From an uncultured Desulfospira sp. (lineage in GTDB: Bacteria > Desulfobacterota > Desulfobacteria > Desulfobacterales > Desulfobacteraceae), in the NCBI GenBank assembly GCA_963663165.1, contig OY760175.1, positions 6,677,035 to 6,741,034 on the forward strand: 64,000 bases of DNA, written 5' to 3'. Positions 8,610 through 18,271 of the stretch are shown piece by piece. How positions within the stretch are numbered: the first letter of the stretch is position 1; every line of letters starts with the position of its first letter. A program made the translations under genes and the position numbers. Under the pieces are notes generated by a model. It made no database searches. It saw only the letters and a program-made list of their open reading frames with translations, and was not told the DNA's origin.

Positions 8610-9911
8610 ATGGCCCCCCAGTTAATCGGCATTATCGGCATTGCAGGGCTTTTTTTGCTGCTGCTCATTGGCATGCCCATTGGCTTTTCCCTGGCCTTTG
8701 TGGGGTTCTGGGGGATTGGCGCACTCACCGATGTGTCCGTGGCCCTGCCGTGTCTGTTACGTTCCTTTTACGGGACCTTTACCACCTATTCGTTTACGGT
8801 GATTCCGCTGTTTGTCCTCATGGGGGAACTGGCCACGGTATCGGGGTTGAGCCGGGGCATTTACACGGTGGCGGACAAATGGTTTGCCCGCCTTCCCGGA
8901 GGCCTTGGCATTGCCACCATTGGTGCATGTTCGGGATTTTCCGCCATTTGCGGATCTTCTGTGGCCACGGCTGCCACCCTGGGCAAGGTGGCCTTGCCGG
9001 AAATGGCCCGGTATCACTATGACACCCGCCTGTCCACGGGGGCTGTGTCTGCCGGCGGAACCCTGGGATTTCTGATCCCGCCCAGTATCGGGTTTGTGGT
9101 TTACGGGATTTTAACGGAACAGTCCATTGGAAAGCTTCTGGTTTCAGGGTTCATCCCCGGGATCATCCTTGCCCTGGCCTATGCCGGCATTATTGTGGCC
9201 TGGGCCATGATCCATCCCGAGGCCGCGCCCGTGAACACCGAAAAGGTCAGTTTAAAAGAAAAGCTGGCCTGCCTGAAAACCGTCTGGGAACTGGTGGTGG
9301 TGTTTTTGCTGGTCATGGGGGGAATTTATCTGGGATTTTTTACCCCTACCGAGGCCGGGGCCGTGGGCGCGTTTTTCCTGCTCGCCGTTACCCTGCTGCG
9401 CCGCAAGCTTTCACGGCCTGCCATGGTTGAGGCCATGAAGTCCACCACAAAGGTATCGGTCATGATTTTCATGATCCTGGCCGGGGCTTACGTGTTTACC
9501 TATTTCATGGCCCTGACCATGATTCCTATGAACCTGTCCGTTGCCCTGTCACAACTGGCCATGTCCCGGTATGTTGTCCTTGCCGTCATTCTTATGGGCT
9601 ACCTGGTCCTGGGCTGTTTTCTGGATGCCACCTCCATGATGGTGTTGACCCTGCCGGTGATTTTTCCAACGATTTTAAAACTGGGGTTCAACCCCATTTG
9701 GTTCGGGGTGATCTCGGTTCTCATGATGGAGGCAGGGCTCATTACCCCGCCCCTGGGGCTGAATATTTTTGTGATTTCCGGCGTGGCCGGTGTGCCCATG
9801 GAAACGGTTTTCAGAGGCGCGGTTTATTTTCTCCTGGCCATCTTTGCCGTGGTGGTCCTGGTCACGATATTTCCCGGGCTGGTACTTTTTTTGCCCGGTA
9901 TTATGGGGTAG
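8610..9911 (+). CDS. dctM: TRAP transporter large permease
   Basis: IPLFVLMGEL, GSSVATAAT, GGTLGFLIPPS, FTPTEAGAVG, GLITPPLGLN motifs. Confidence 0.93.
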   Translation: MAPQLIGIIGIAGLFLLLLIGMPIGFSLAFVGFWGIGALTDVSVALPCLLRSFYGTFTTYSFTVIPLFVLMGELATVSGLSRGIYTVADKWFARLPGGLGIATIGACSGFSAICGSSVATAATLGKVALPEMARYHYDTRLSTGAVSAGGTLGFLIPPSIGFVVYGILTEQSIGKLLVSGFIPGIILALAYAGIIVAWAMIHPEAAPVNTEKVSLKEKLACLKTVWELVVVFLLVMGGIYLGFFTPTEAGAVGAFFLLAVTLLRRKLSRPAMVEAMKSTTKVSVMIFMILAGAYVFTYFMALTMIPMNLSVALSQLAMSRYVVLAVILMGYLVLGCFLDATSMMVLTLPVIFPTILKLGFNPIWFGVISVLMMEAGLITPPLGLNIFVISGVAGVPMETVFRGAVYFLLAIFAVVVLVTIFPGLVLFLPGIMG

Positions 9912-9977
9912 GGTGAGTGCTTTGCCTGTGCTTTAAAAATAAATTTTGAATTTTTACAAGAAGGTATTTATTTACTG

Positions 9978-10007
9978 TTGCTCATTGGTAAACGCAAATG
10001 GTATAAT
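9978..10007 (+). promoter_or_regulatory. Sigma70-type promoter of higBA, probably leaderless
   Basis: TTGCTC-N18-TATAAT with extended TG, 8 nt before the ATG and no RBS. Confidence 0.55.
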
Positions 10008-10015
10008 TTTTATTA

Positions 10016-10294
10016 ATGATAAAAAGTTTTAAACACAAAGGGTTAAAGAAATTTTTTACCACCGGCAGCACCGCCGGGATAAATCCGAACCATGCGCCAA
10101 AGATAGAGGTGCAATTGCAGGCATTGCACACGGCAATTGGTATTGATGATATGGATATCCCGGGTTGGCGCCTGCATCCCCTAAAGGGGGAGCTTGAGGG
10201 GCAATGGGCGATAGAGGTCAGTGGCAATTGGCGGATTGTTTTTGAGTTTGAAGATGGTCACGCAAATGTCGTTGACTACAGGGATTACCATTAA
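10016..10294 (+). CDS. higB: HigB/RelE-family toxin
   Basis: MIKSFKHKGLKKFF...GWRLHPLKG...VSGNWRIVFEF...VDYRDYH. Confidence 0.92.
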   Translation: MIKSFKHKGLKKFFTTGSTAGINPNHAPKIEVQLQALHTAIGIDDMDIPGWRLHPLKGELEGQWAIEVSGNWRIVFEFEDGHANVVDYRDYH

Positions 10295-10308
10295 AAAAAG
10301 GGAACCAT

Positions 10309-10617
10309 ATGGAGATAGAACAATTCAAACCTATCCATCCGGGAGAGTTTATAAAGAGGGTTTATATGGAACCTTTTAAAATCGGCTCTAATGAATTAAG
10401 CCGGAGATTAAAGGTCAGCTCCGGGGCTGTCAGCCGTTTGCTGAACGCTAAAATGGATATTTCTCCGGCCATGGCATTAAAACTTTCCCAGGTGCTGGGC
10501 AGGTCGCCGGAAAGCTGGCTGCTCATGCAGGGAAATTACAATTTATGGAAGGAACGGCAGCAATTGGATTTGACCTTATATGAACCAATTGATTTTGCCC
10601 AATTGCAAGCCGGTTAA
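10309..10617 (+). CDS. higA: HigA-family antitoxin
   Basis: PIHPGEFI, HTH, ISPAMALKL...SPESWLLMQ. Confidence 0.92.
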   Translation: MEIEQFKPIHPGEFIKRVYMEPFKIGSNELSRRLKVSSGAVSRLLNAKMDISPAMALKLSQVLGRSPESWLLMQGNYNLWKERQQLDLTLYEPIDFAQLQAG

Positions 10618-11082
10618 CCATTGTGCCAATGCCACGGGCGGCAGATTTTCTCCAACAGATTACTGCCCTCGTTGAGGATTAGCCCCAAAAGGCTCATGCC
10701 GAAGATGCCCACAAACATCAGTCTCCGGTCTCTTTTCTTCCGGTCTATCGTTTTCTTACATTGTCTAATTTACAAACGGTATCCCAAAACTATGCCGGTT
10801 ATAAATGCGGTTCCCCTGGTGTTTGTGCAAAACCCTGTTGAAAAATGTGTGGATAAAGATTATTTTTGAATGAGCCCCTGACAGGGGCCCGTCGTTTGAG
10901 CATGGGAACCGCCGGGAATCAAGGACAATGAACACCTGAATTCCGGCTGGCTGTTAAGCCTGCTTGATTTCAAACGGCTTGGCCAACAAGTGGATACCCC
11001 ATGGCCGGACGGACCTTGGCGACTGATATTCTAAAGTCCCATCCGCATTTAATTTGTTGTCTTCGATAAAGGAGGAAAGCTG

Positions 11083-11499
11083 ATGGCAAAGTGGATGACC
11101 ATAAAAGAGGCGCTCGAAGAACTCGATATGTTTGCCCTTTATGATGATGTGATTGAGTCCTGGATCAATGAGCTTGAAAACTTGGCCCCCCTTGAGGTGG
11201 ACCTCAATGATCTGCTGGAGGAACATGATGAGGAGTATGAATTTTTCCAGGATCAGGACGGGGACTGGGCTGAAAGCTTTGAGCGGAACTTAAAGGAAGC
11301 CATTACCATTATCCTGGAAGAGCAGGGCCATATCATTGATGATGAATTTTCCAACGGGGCCATGGATGATGAGGATATGGAAGACTTGTATGAGGACGGG
11401 TTTGACGAGGACCCGGAAAAATCAGACCGCAGGCATGGGGCGGATATGGACGATTACGATGATTACGACGGTTACGATAAAGAAGACGATTATTACTAA
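11083..11499 (+). CDS. Highly acidic hypothetical protein
   Basis: Strong RBS AAGGAGG; Asp/Glu-rich 138-aa ORF. Confidence 0.75.
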   Translation: MAKWMTIKEALEELDMFALYDDVIESWINELENLAPLEVDLNDLLEEHDEEYEFFQDQDGDWAESFERNLKEAITIILEEQGHIIDDEFSNGAMDDEDMEDLYEDGFDEDPEKSDRRHGADMDDYDDYDGYDKEDDYY

Positions 11500-11589
11500 C
11501 GGCCACGGGCCGCCTTGGTTATCCAACCAAGCACCGCCCACAACAAATATTGAAAGTCTTCTCAGGACCTTAGTGAGACTTTCTTATAA
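11497..11589 (-). repeat. Modular two-hairpin repeat, copy 7 (solo, inverted)
   Basis: taacggccacgggc...gcccacaacaaatattgaaagtct...agactttcttataa; its TAA is the stop codon of the upstream ORF. Confidence 0.9.
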
Positions 11590-11617
11590 AAAAACTCTGG
11601 TGACTTAAGGATGCTTT

Positions 11618-12316
11618 ATGCAGATCAAACAATTCAAATACTCAGCAGATAATTTTGGTTATCTGATCTGGTCGGACCGCACCTGTATGGCCGTGGACCC
11701 CGGCGCTGTGGCACCCATGCTGGAATTTACCGAATCCAGCGGCCTTGATCTGGCACTGGTCACCAATACCCATCATCATCCGGACCATACGCCGGGAAAT
11801 AAAGAAATTCTTAAAAAAACCGGGGCCCGGTTCCTGGACTGCCAAGGGTTTTCCGACGGGCAGCAGATTGTCCTGGGCCAGGAGCCGGTTTCGGTTATCC
11901 TGACACCGGGGCACACCCTGGATTCGGTCTGCTTTGCCGCCTCTGATTTTCTGGTTACCGGGGATACCTTGTTTAACGGCACCGTGGGGAACTGTTTTTC
12001 AGGGGACCTGGACGCGTTTTTTTATTCTTTGAAAAAGCTGATGGCATTTCCTGAACAGACCCAAATTTATGCCGGCCATGATTATGTCCAGGAGGCCATG
12101 GCCTATGCCCGGATCATTGAAAAGGACAACCCCGATATTGATGCCTTCCTGGCATCTTACAGCCGTGATCCCGTGGTGTCCACTCTAGCCGATGAATTCA
12201 AAGTGAATCCCTATATCCGGTTTAATACCGACGCCGTAAAAAAACTTCTCAAGGACAGGGGACTTGCCTGCAAAACCGAACTTGAGCGGTTTAAATCCGT
12301 TATGGAAGTCTATTAA
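11618..12316 (+). CDS. gloB: Hydroxyacylglutathione hydrolase (glyoxalase II)
   Basis: THHHPDH, TPGHT, TGDTLF, GHDY, STLADEFKVNPY motifs. Confidence 0.88.
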   Translation: MQIKQFKYSADNFGYLIWSDRTCMAVDPGAVAPMLEFTESSGLDLALVTNTHHHPDHTPGNKEILKKTGARFLDCQGFSDGQQIVLGQEPVSVILTPGHTLDSVCFAASDFLVTGDTLFNGTVGNCFSGDLDAFFYSLKKLMAFPEQTQIYAGHDYVQEAMAYARIIEKDNPDIDAFLASYSRDPVVSTLADEFKVNPYIRFNTDAVKKLLKDRGLACKTELERFKSVMEVY

Positions 12317-12438
12317 AAATTTGACACCGGCCGGTTTGTTTTTATTGTTAATTACGGCAGGCCAAAAAAATCGGCTGCCTTAAAACGAAATTAAACACAA
12401 CAGGGCGGACCCGGCAACAAAGGGTGAACCAAAGACCG

Positions 12439-13293
12439 ATGACTGACATTAAAAGCGGACCTGAACCCGACGTTGAAAAGAGAATAAAAGCCCTTGGCCG
12501 GCAGGTGACCATTGAGTACCACCAATGCAGCCGAAAGGTTCTGCTGAGCCGGGAAGCGGTTGAACAGGCCATGCTGAGGGCCGCCAAGGTCAGCGGCGCC
12601 ACGGTGGTGTCTGCGTCTTTTCATGAATTTGAGCCCCAGGGGGTCAGCGGTGTGGTGATTATTGCCGAATCCCACTTGACGGTTCATGCCTGGCCTGAAT
12701 ACCGGTATGCGGCCGTGGATATTTTTACCTGCGGCAGCCATCATATTTTTGAGCCGGCCATAGAAGCCCTGAAACAGGCCTTTCAGTCCGGAAAGATGAT
12801 GATATCTTCGGACCTTTCACGGGGATTTATGCCTGAAGAACCAAATCCCCATGAAAAAATCGCCCAAAAGCCGGCAGATGACCTTGAAGTCCGGCTGGTT
12901 AAAACCGTTCCGGTGGATGTGTTGATAACCCTTTACAAGGAAGCCGGCTGGTGGGACGGCAACAGCAGCAATATTGAATTTTTGCGGCGGCTGGCAATGG
13001 ATTCGGCCCTGTTTGCCGCAGCCTTTGTCAACGGGAAAATGGTGGGCATGGGCCGGGCCCTGTCTGATCTGGTCAGTGATGCCTATATTCAGGACGTGAC
13101 TGTGCTGAAGGCCTACAGGGGGCATGGCATCGGAGAGAAAATCATTCAAACGCTGATTGACGGATTAAAGAGAAACGGGGTGGACTGGATCGGGCTGGTG
13201 GCCGAACCCGGCACCTTTGAATTCTACGAGAAACTGGGGTTTAACAAGCTTGAAGGATATCTTCCCCTGAAGTTGGGGAGCAAGGAGACATAA
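12439..13293 (+). CDS. S-adenosylmethionine decarboxylase-like (SpeD/SpeH) domain fused to a GNAT acetyltransferase
   Basis: FEPQGVSGVVIIAESHLTVHAWPE...DIFTCG (pyruvoyl site ES) then GNAT motif YIQDVTVLKAYRGHGIG. Confidence 0.85.
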   Translation: MTDIKSGPEPDVEKRIKALGRQVTIEYHQCSRKVLLSREAVEQAMLRAAKVSGATVVSASFHEFEPQGVSGVVIIAESHLTVHAWPEYRYAAVDIFTCGSHHIFEPAIEALKQAFQSGKMMISSDLSRGFMPEEPNPHEKIAQKPADDLEVRLVKTVPVDVLITLYKEAGWWDGNSSNIEFLRRLAMDSALFAAAFVNGKMVGMGRALSDLVSDAYIQDVTVLKAYRGHGIGEKIIQTLIDGLKRNGVDWIGLVAEPGTFEFYEKLGFNKLEGYLPLKLGSKET

Positions 13294-13299
13294 TTTAAG

Positions 13300-14235
13300 A
13301 TGCATACCCGATGTACCCAGGTATCATGTGATCATATGGAACAGACCATAAACTTTCCCTTTAAAAAAGGATTTACGCTTTCGGACATGGCGCTGATTAC
13401 GTCCTATCAGGAGCAGTACGCCCCCATGTCATGTGAATATAACTTTGCCAACCTGTTTGCCTGGAACGAGGCCTATACCCATTTGTGGTGTACCTATGAA
13501 GACCGGGTTCTCATTTATGACACCGCCCATAACCAGGCCTTTATGCCCATGGGGGAAGATTTCACCCCTGAAGAACTGTCCGGTCTTGCCCAATACCTGA
13601 TCCGGGCGGGGCTATGCCCGGTCATCGGCCTGGTCTGCCGGGATTACCTGGAGTATTACCCGGAAGTTGAGAAGTTCTTTGCGGTGGAAGAAAACAGGGA
13701 CCATGCCGAGTACCTTTATCTGACCCGAAAACTGCACTCCCTGCGGGGCACCAAACTCCACAAAAAGAAAAACCTGATCGCCCAGTTTAGTAATTTGTAT
13801 CCCAACTACCGGATCAAAACCCTGGGACCCGAGGATTTAGAAGAGATAGAACACTTTTCAAGACAGATGCTGGACCGGATGGACTCGCCGGATCAAAACC
13901 TTGAGAATGAGTACCGGGCCATTGTGAAGACAATGGAATATTTCAACGAGTTGAATATGGAAGGGCTCAGCCTGAGTGCGGAGGGCCGGATGATCGCCTT
14001 TAGCCTGTTCAGCCGGCTGAACCCGTTCACCTATGACATCCAGTTTGAAAAATCAGATTATGAATACAAAGGGGCATCCCAGGTGATTAACTGGGAAACC
14101 GCCAAATTCTTGAAGGGAAAATGCCGGTATCTGAACCGGGAACAGGATCTGGGGATTAAAGGGCTGCGCCAGGCCAAGCTGTCGTATGACCCGGAGGCGC
14201 TGTTTATTCCCTATGTATTAAGATTTAAACAATAG
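13300..14235 (+). CDS. DUF2156 / phosphatidylglycerol lysyltransferase-like domain protein
   Basis: CEYNFANLFAW, LRGTKLHKKKN, FEKS, YLNREQDLGIKGLRQAKLSYDP. Confidence 0.85.
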   Translation: MHTRCTQVSCDHMEQTINFPFKKGFTLSDMALITSYQEQYAPMSCEYNFANLFAWNEAYTHLWCTYEDRVLIYDTAHNQAFMPMGEDFTPEELSGLAQYLIRAGLCPVIGLVCRDYLEYYPEVEKFFAVEENRDHAEYLYLTRKLHSLRGTKLHKKKNLIAQFSNLYPNYRIKTLGPEDLEEIEHFSRQMLDRMDSPDQNLENEYRAIVKTMEYFNELNMEGLSLSAEGRMIAFSLFSRLNPFTYDIQFEKSDYEYKGASQVINWETAKFLKGKCRYLNREQDLGIKGLRQAKLSYDPEALFIPYVLRFKQ

Positions 14236-14272
14236 TAAGACAGGATACCGGGCATTTTTTTGTCCGGCATCC

Positions 14273-15190
14273 TTATCGGCAGCCGATAGCGCCTTTGCCG
14301 CTTTCTTTGATCCTGAACATTTCCTGGTCGGCCAGGCCCAGCAGGCTTTTAACGTCGGTGGCATCGTCGGGAAAGGTGGCGATGCCGTAGCTGGCGCTTA
14401 AATTGACATTGCATCCGTCGCCCCGCAGGTAGATGGTCTGCGCCATGCGGTCCTGAATGTTCTCGGTCTTTTGAAGGGCCTTTTCCTTATCATATCCCGG
14501 CAGCACCGCCACAAATTCGTCTCCGCCGTAGGCAACCCCGTAGCAGGGTTCTGAGATGGATTCAAGGATGGTCTGGGCCACCTCATGGATGGCCCGGCTG
14601 CCGTTCAAATGGCCGTAGGTATCCACCACATGCTTGAAATTATCGATGTCCATGAACAGCAGCGAGAACGGGGTGCCGGTCATTTTGCTGCTTTCCAGCA
14701 GCCGCTTGAGTGCATCGTAAAGGTAGCGGGTATTATATAATCCGGTTAAATCGTCATGGATGGCCAGGTACCGAAGTTCCTGGTTGATCCGTTTTAATTC
14801 TTTTCGCGAGTGGCTCAGCTCTATCTGCGTTTTGACCCGGACCAGCAGTTCGGTCACATTAAAGGGTTTGGAGATATAGTCTACGGCCCCCACCTGAAAC
14901 CCTTCCACAATGCTTTCCGTGTCGGTTTTGGCTGTAAGGAAAATGATGGGAATGTCCCGGAATTCAGAAGACCCCTTAAGGTGCCGGCAGACCTGAATTC
15001 CGTCCATTTCCGGCATCATGATGTCCAGTAAAATCAGATCCGGTGGATTTAAGGCAATGTCTTCTATGGCCGATTTGCCGTCAATGGCCACGCTGACCTC
15101 ATAGTCACTGCTGAGGACTTCCACAAGGATGTCAATATTGGCCTTTGTGTCGTCAACCACCATGACCGTAAAATTTTCAAGGCTGCTCAC
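14273..15190 (-). CDS. Response regulator receiver plus diguanylate cyclase
   Basis: VVDD, LLDIMMP receiver; HDDLTGLYN, DIDNFK, GGDEF. Confidence 0.92.
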   Translation of the reverse strand: MSSLENFTVMVVDDTKANIDILVEVLSSDYEVSVAIDGKSAIEDIALNPPDLILLDIMMPEMDGIQVCRHLKGSSEFRDIPIIFLTAKTDTESIVEGFQVGAVDYISKPFNVTELLVRVKTQIELSHSRKELKRINQELRYLAIHDDLTGLYNTRYLYDALKRLLESSKMTGTPFSLLFMDIDNFKHVVDTYGHLNGSRAIHEVAQTILESISEPCYGVAYGGDEFVAVLPGYDKEKALQKTENIQDRMAQTIYLRGDGCNVNLSASYGIATFPDDATDVKSLLGLADQEMFRIKESGKGAIGCR

Positions 15191-15334
15191 GGGGGATTAC
15201 CTTTTCTGATTGCGGTTATTTCGTCGGGTTTTTGAATTTAGATATCGTAACGTAATGAACCGATCATACCATCATCAGGTGAAAGAGTAAATGCCGGCGG
15301 TCATGAATTTTTTGGGGGAGAAATTTAAAAAAGG

Positions 15335-15436
15335 GAAACGGGAAGAAAGGAGGCCGGAGAGCAGCAAACAGGAGGCCGCATATTGCGACTCCCTTAGGTT
15401 TACGCATCCGGTCTCCGGTCTCCGTTATTTCGTTTT
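15335..15436. repeat. Heptamer-arm inverted element with a 25-bp core
   Basis: Purine arm ...ggaggccggaga... and pyrimidine arm ccggtctccggtctcc; core 15383-15407 matches 45864-45888 inverted (19/25). Confidence 0.55.
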
Positions 15437-16246
15437 TCAGCTTTCCTTTACCGGCCCGAACAGCCCTTCCCGGTAGCCGGTGATATATTCCATGCAGTAT
15501 TCGTCCTGTCCTTTCAAGGCCTCTGTGGCGTAAATCAGCCCCATCATGTGCTTGTGCAGGGGATTGATAATGGCCGAATCCATGCCCGCGCCCATGGCCA
15601 GGATCAAAAAGGCCTGGTTGACGAATTTCCGGGCCGGCAGGTTAAAGGAGATGTTTGAGGCCCCCCCGGTGATGTGAATGTCCGGATACCGCTGCTTGAT
15701 TTCTTTCATGACCGTTAGAATCGGGTTGATCCCGTCTTCGGACGTACACAGCATTTCAACCAGGGGGTCAATGTGAAGGCGGGATGGGGCAATATTATGG
15801 GTTTTGGCTTTTTCCATAATGGCCTCAAATACCTCAAGCCGTTTTTCAGCGGTTTGGGGAATTCCGGTATCGTCGCATAACAGGGCCACGCATTCCCACG
15901 GGGTGTCGGCAATTTTAGGGAAAATCACATCAACCTTGTCCCCTTCCATGGACACGGAGTTGATCAGGCCGGGCCTGCTGCAAAAATCCATGACTTGAGC
16001 GCAGATTTTTGCATCAGGGCTGTCGATGGCGATAGGAACTTTTGTGACTTCCTGGACCAGGCCGATGAGCCATTCCATGGTTTCAAGTTCAATTTTAACA
16101 TCTGTGGATGCACAAACGTCAATATAGCTGGCACCAGCTTCGGCCTGAGCCGCTGCTATGGTTTTAATAAATTCTGCGTCTTTTTCAGCAATGGCCTTTC
16201 CCACTGACGGGATGGCCCCGTTAATTTTTTCCCCGATAATGATCAT
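15437..16246 (-). CDS. Methyltetrahydrofolate:corrinoid methyltransferase (AcsE-like pterin-binding)
   Basis: MIIIGEKING, IAIDSP, INSVS, IDPLV, SNISFNLP, GMDSAI. Confidence 0.9.
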   Translation of the reverse strand: MIIIGEKINGAIPSVGKAIAEKDAEFIKTIAAAQAEAGASYIDVCASTDVKIELETMEWLIGLVQEVTKVPIAIDSPDAKICAQVMDFCSRPGLINSVSMEGDKVDVIFPKIADTPWECVALLCDDTGIPQTAEKRLEVFEAIMEKAKTHNIAPSRLHIDPLVEMLCTSEDGINPILTVMKEIKQRYPDIHITGGASNISFNLPARKFVNQAFLILAMGAGMDSAIINPLHKHMMGLIYATEALKGQDEYCMEYITGYREGLFGPVKES

Positions 16247-16281
16247 AGGAATTACCTCCTTGGCGTTGGTCTGTATTCGGG

Positions 16282-17259
16282 TTAAAACAGTTTCTGCCCG
16301 ATTTCCTGGATAAATTTACTGGTGGTTTCATATACACCGGGGAATGAACTGTAGGGACCTCCCTGGGTCAGACAGGGGATAAAATACTGGTTGCCGTAAG
16401 CCTTTATGGCCTTTTCAACATGTTTTTCAATGTTTTCGGCGGTCCAGTCAACGGTATCGATGACCCCGCTGTCCAAGCCTCCCATAAAGGTAATTTGGCC
16501 GCCATATTCTTTGATCATTTTCGGGATGTCGTTGGTGGTCATGACGCCCTGCCAGATATCAATGCCCATGTCAATCATATGGGGCACCAGGTTTTCGGCG
16601 TAGGAATCGCTGTGGTGGACAATCAGTTCTATCCCGTTGTCTTTCCAGAATTTATAGGCCCGTTTGTAAGGTTCAACATAAAACTCGTTGAACATGTCCG
16701 GAGACAGGAAGGATGATATCTGTCCGCCCCAGTCGTCGTGGTGAAAGATGGCATCGGGTTTGATCCGGGCAATCACCTCTTTGGCGTATGAAATTTCATA
16801 ATCAACCAGAAAATTAATGAGTTCATGCATCAGTTCCGGCTCTTCATACAGGCTCATCATGGCATCTTCCATGCCCATGAGGTAATGGGTCATCTCAAAT
16901 GTGCCCGGGGCATAAAAGACCGTGACAAACTGCTCCTTCCTGTCCACGGCGTTTGCATGGGCAACGGCCGCGGCCCAGTCATCATCGTTTGTGTTGATGA
17001 TCGGAGCCTTAACCACTTCTTTCCATTTGGTGATATCTTGCAATACCCGGTGTTCGTCATCGTGAACCGGAAAGGCACCGAGCTGGTCTTCAGGCCAGTC
17101 AAACGTAACGCCCCATTCGTTTACAAGCCTGCCGCCACGCTCCGGACGCTTCCGGAAAGGGGCTTCAACAATAATCTCCATAAACTCGTATTGATTGACA
17201 AACCGGTCTGGAGAACCACCCTTAATGGTCTCCAATAAATTTTCTTTTTTGCTCAACAT
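16282..17259 (-). CDS. Uroporphyrinogen decarboxylase-family (MtaA/CmuA-like) methyltransferase
   Basis: HDDWGGQ...SPDMF.EFY.P, HHSDS, FMGG motifs; corrinoid operon context. Confidence 0.85.
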   Translation of the reverse strand: MLSKKENLLETIKGGSPDRFVNQYEFMEIIVEAPFRKRPERGGRLVNEWGVTFDWPEDQLGAFPVHDDEHRVLQDITKWKEVVKAPIINTNDDDWAAAVAHANAVDRKEQFVTVFYAPGTFEMTHYLMGMEDAMMSLYEEPELMHELINFLVDYEISYAKEVIARIKPDAIFHHDDWGGQISSFLSPDMFNEFYVEPYKRAYKFWKDNGIELIVHHSDSYAENLVPHMIDMGIDIWQGVMTTNDIPKMIKEYGGQITFMGGLDSGVIDTVDWTAENIEKHVEKAIKAYGNQYFIPCLTQGGPYSSFPGVYETTSKFIQEIGQKLF

Positions 17260-17277
17260 GGTTTCGTTCTCCTGTAA

Positions 17278-17922
17278 TTAGTTGCCCATCATTTCAGTAA
17301 CGAGTGATTTTGCCTTTGCCGCAGCCGTGCCGGCATCCGGTGCATACATATCAGCGCCGATCTCAAGAGCAAATTCTTCGGTGACCGGTGCCCCGCCGAC
17401 AACGACCTTGAATCCGTTTGAAGGGGTGTTTTTGAGGGCCGCCACGGTCTGCCTCATGGCCCCCATGGTCGTGGTCAGCAGGCCCGAACAGGCGACAATT
17501 TTAACATCTTCGTTGGCCTTAACCGCTTCTATAAATTTTTCTGCAGGCACGTCAACCCCTAAGTCCACCACGGTAAACCCGACACTTTCAAGCATCATGG
17601 CCACCAGGTTTTTCCCGATATCATGAAGATCCCCCTGGACTGTACCGATAATGCAGGTGCCCAAAGAGGTGCTGCTGTCCCCTGCCAGATGGGGTTTTAG
17701 AACCTCTACCCCCTTTGACATGGCTTTGGCGGCAATGAGCATCTCAGGGACAAAAATTAGATTTTTTGAAAATTTTTCCCCCACAATCCCCATGGCATCA
17801 ATCATGGCCTGTAGAAGATCAAGGGCGTTCAACCCATTGCCCAAGGCGTCTTCAATGCCCTGGGCGATCAATTTGGTTTTGCCTTTTTCTACAAATTCCT
17901 GGACTTGTTCTATGGTTGCCAT
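17278..17922 (-). CDS. Cobalamin-binding corrinoid protein
   Basis: IFVPEML cap; GDLHDIGKNLV, DLGVDV, SGLLTTT, VGGAP. Confidence 0.93.
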   Translation of the reverse strand: MATIEQVQEFVEKGKTKLIAQGIEDALGNGLNALDLLQAMIDAMGIVGEKFSKNLIFVPEMLIAAKAMSKGVEVLKPHLAGDSSTSLGTCIIGTVQGDLHDIGKNLVAMMLESVGFTVVDLGVDVPAEKFIEAVKANEDVKIVACSGLLTTTMGAMRQTVAALKNTPSNGFKVVVGGAPVTEEFALEIGADMYAPDAGTAAAKAKSLVTEMMGN

Positions 17923-18066
17923 TGTTCAATTCCTTGTCTTTTTATGGTCTGGTTACCGCCTGTGCGGGTTGGTAAACTGCACGGGCTCTAATGTTTTTGT
18001 TCCCCCTTTTTAAATGGCAGGGGCGCCGGGTTATGGCCTGTCAACGCTTCGGTTGACATAATCATA

Positions 18067-18084
18067 AGGCAATATTTATGCCGG
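18067..18084 (-). promoter_or_regulatory. Sigma-54 (-24/-12) promoter of the corrinoid operon
   Basis: Minus strand ccGGcataaatattGCct (GG-N10-GC), next to a divergent sigma-54 activator. Confidence 0.7.
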
Positions 18085-18271
18085 GGCACTCTTTTTTTTA
18101 TTTTGATTTAACAGATTGAAATTGTACCTGTTTTTTTTGAATAAAAACAGGTTGTCCTGAGTTGAATGGTTATGATATATAATAATATTATTTGATTTTA
18201 TAACTTGCGGGCAAGGCTGGGGTTGACCGTGAATACGGTTTGTCATTTACCATTTTTAAAAGGGGGCATCA

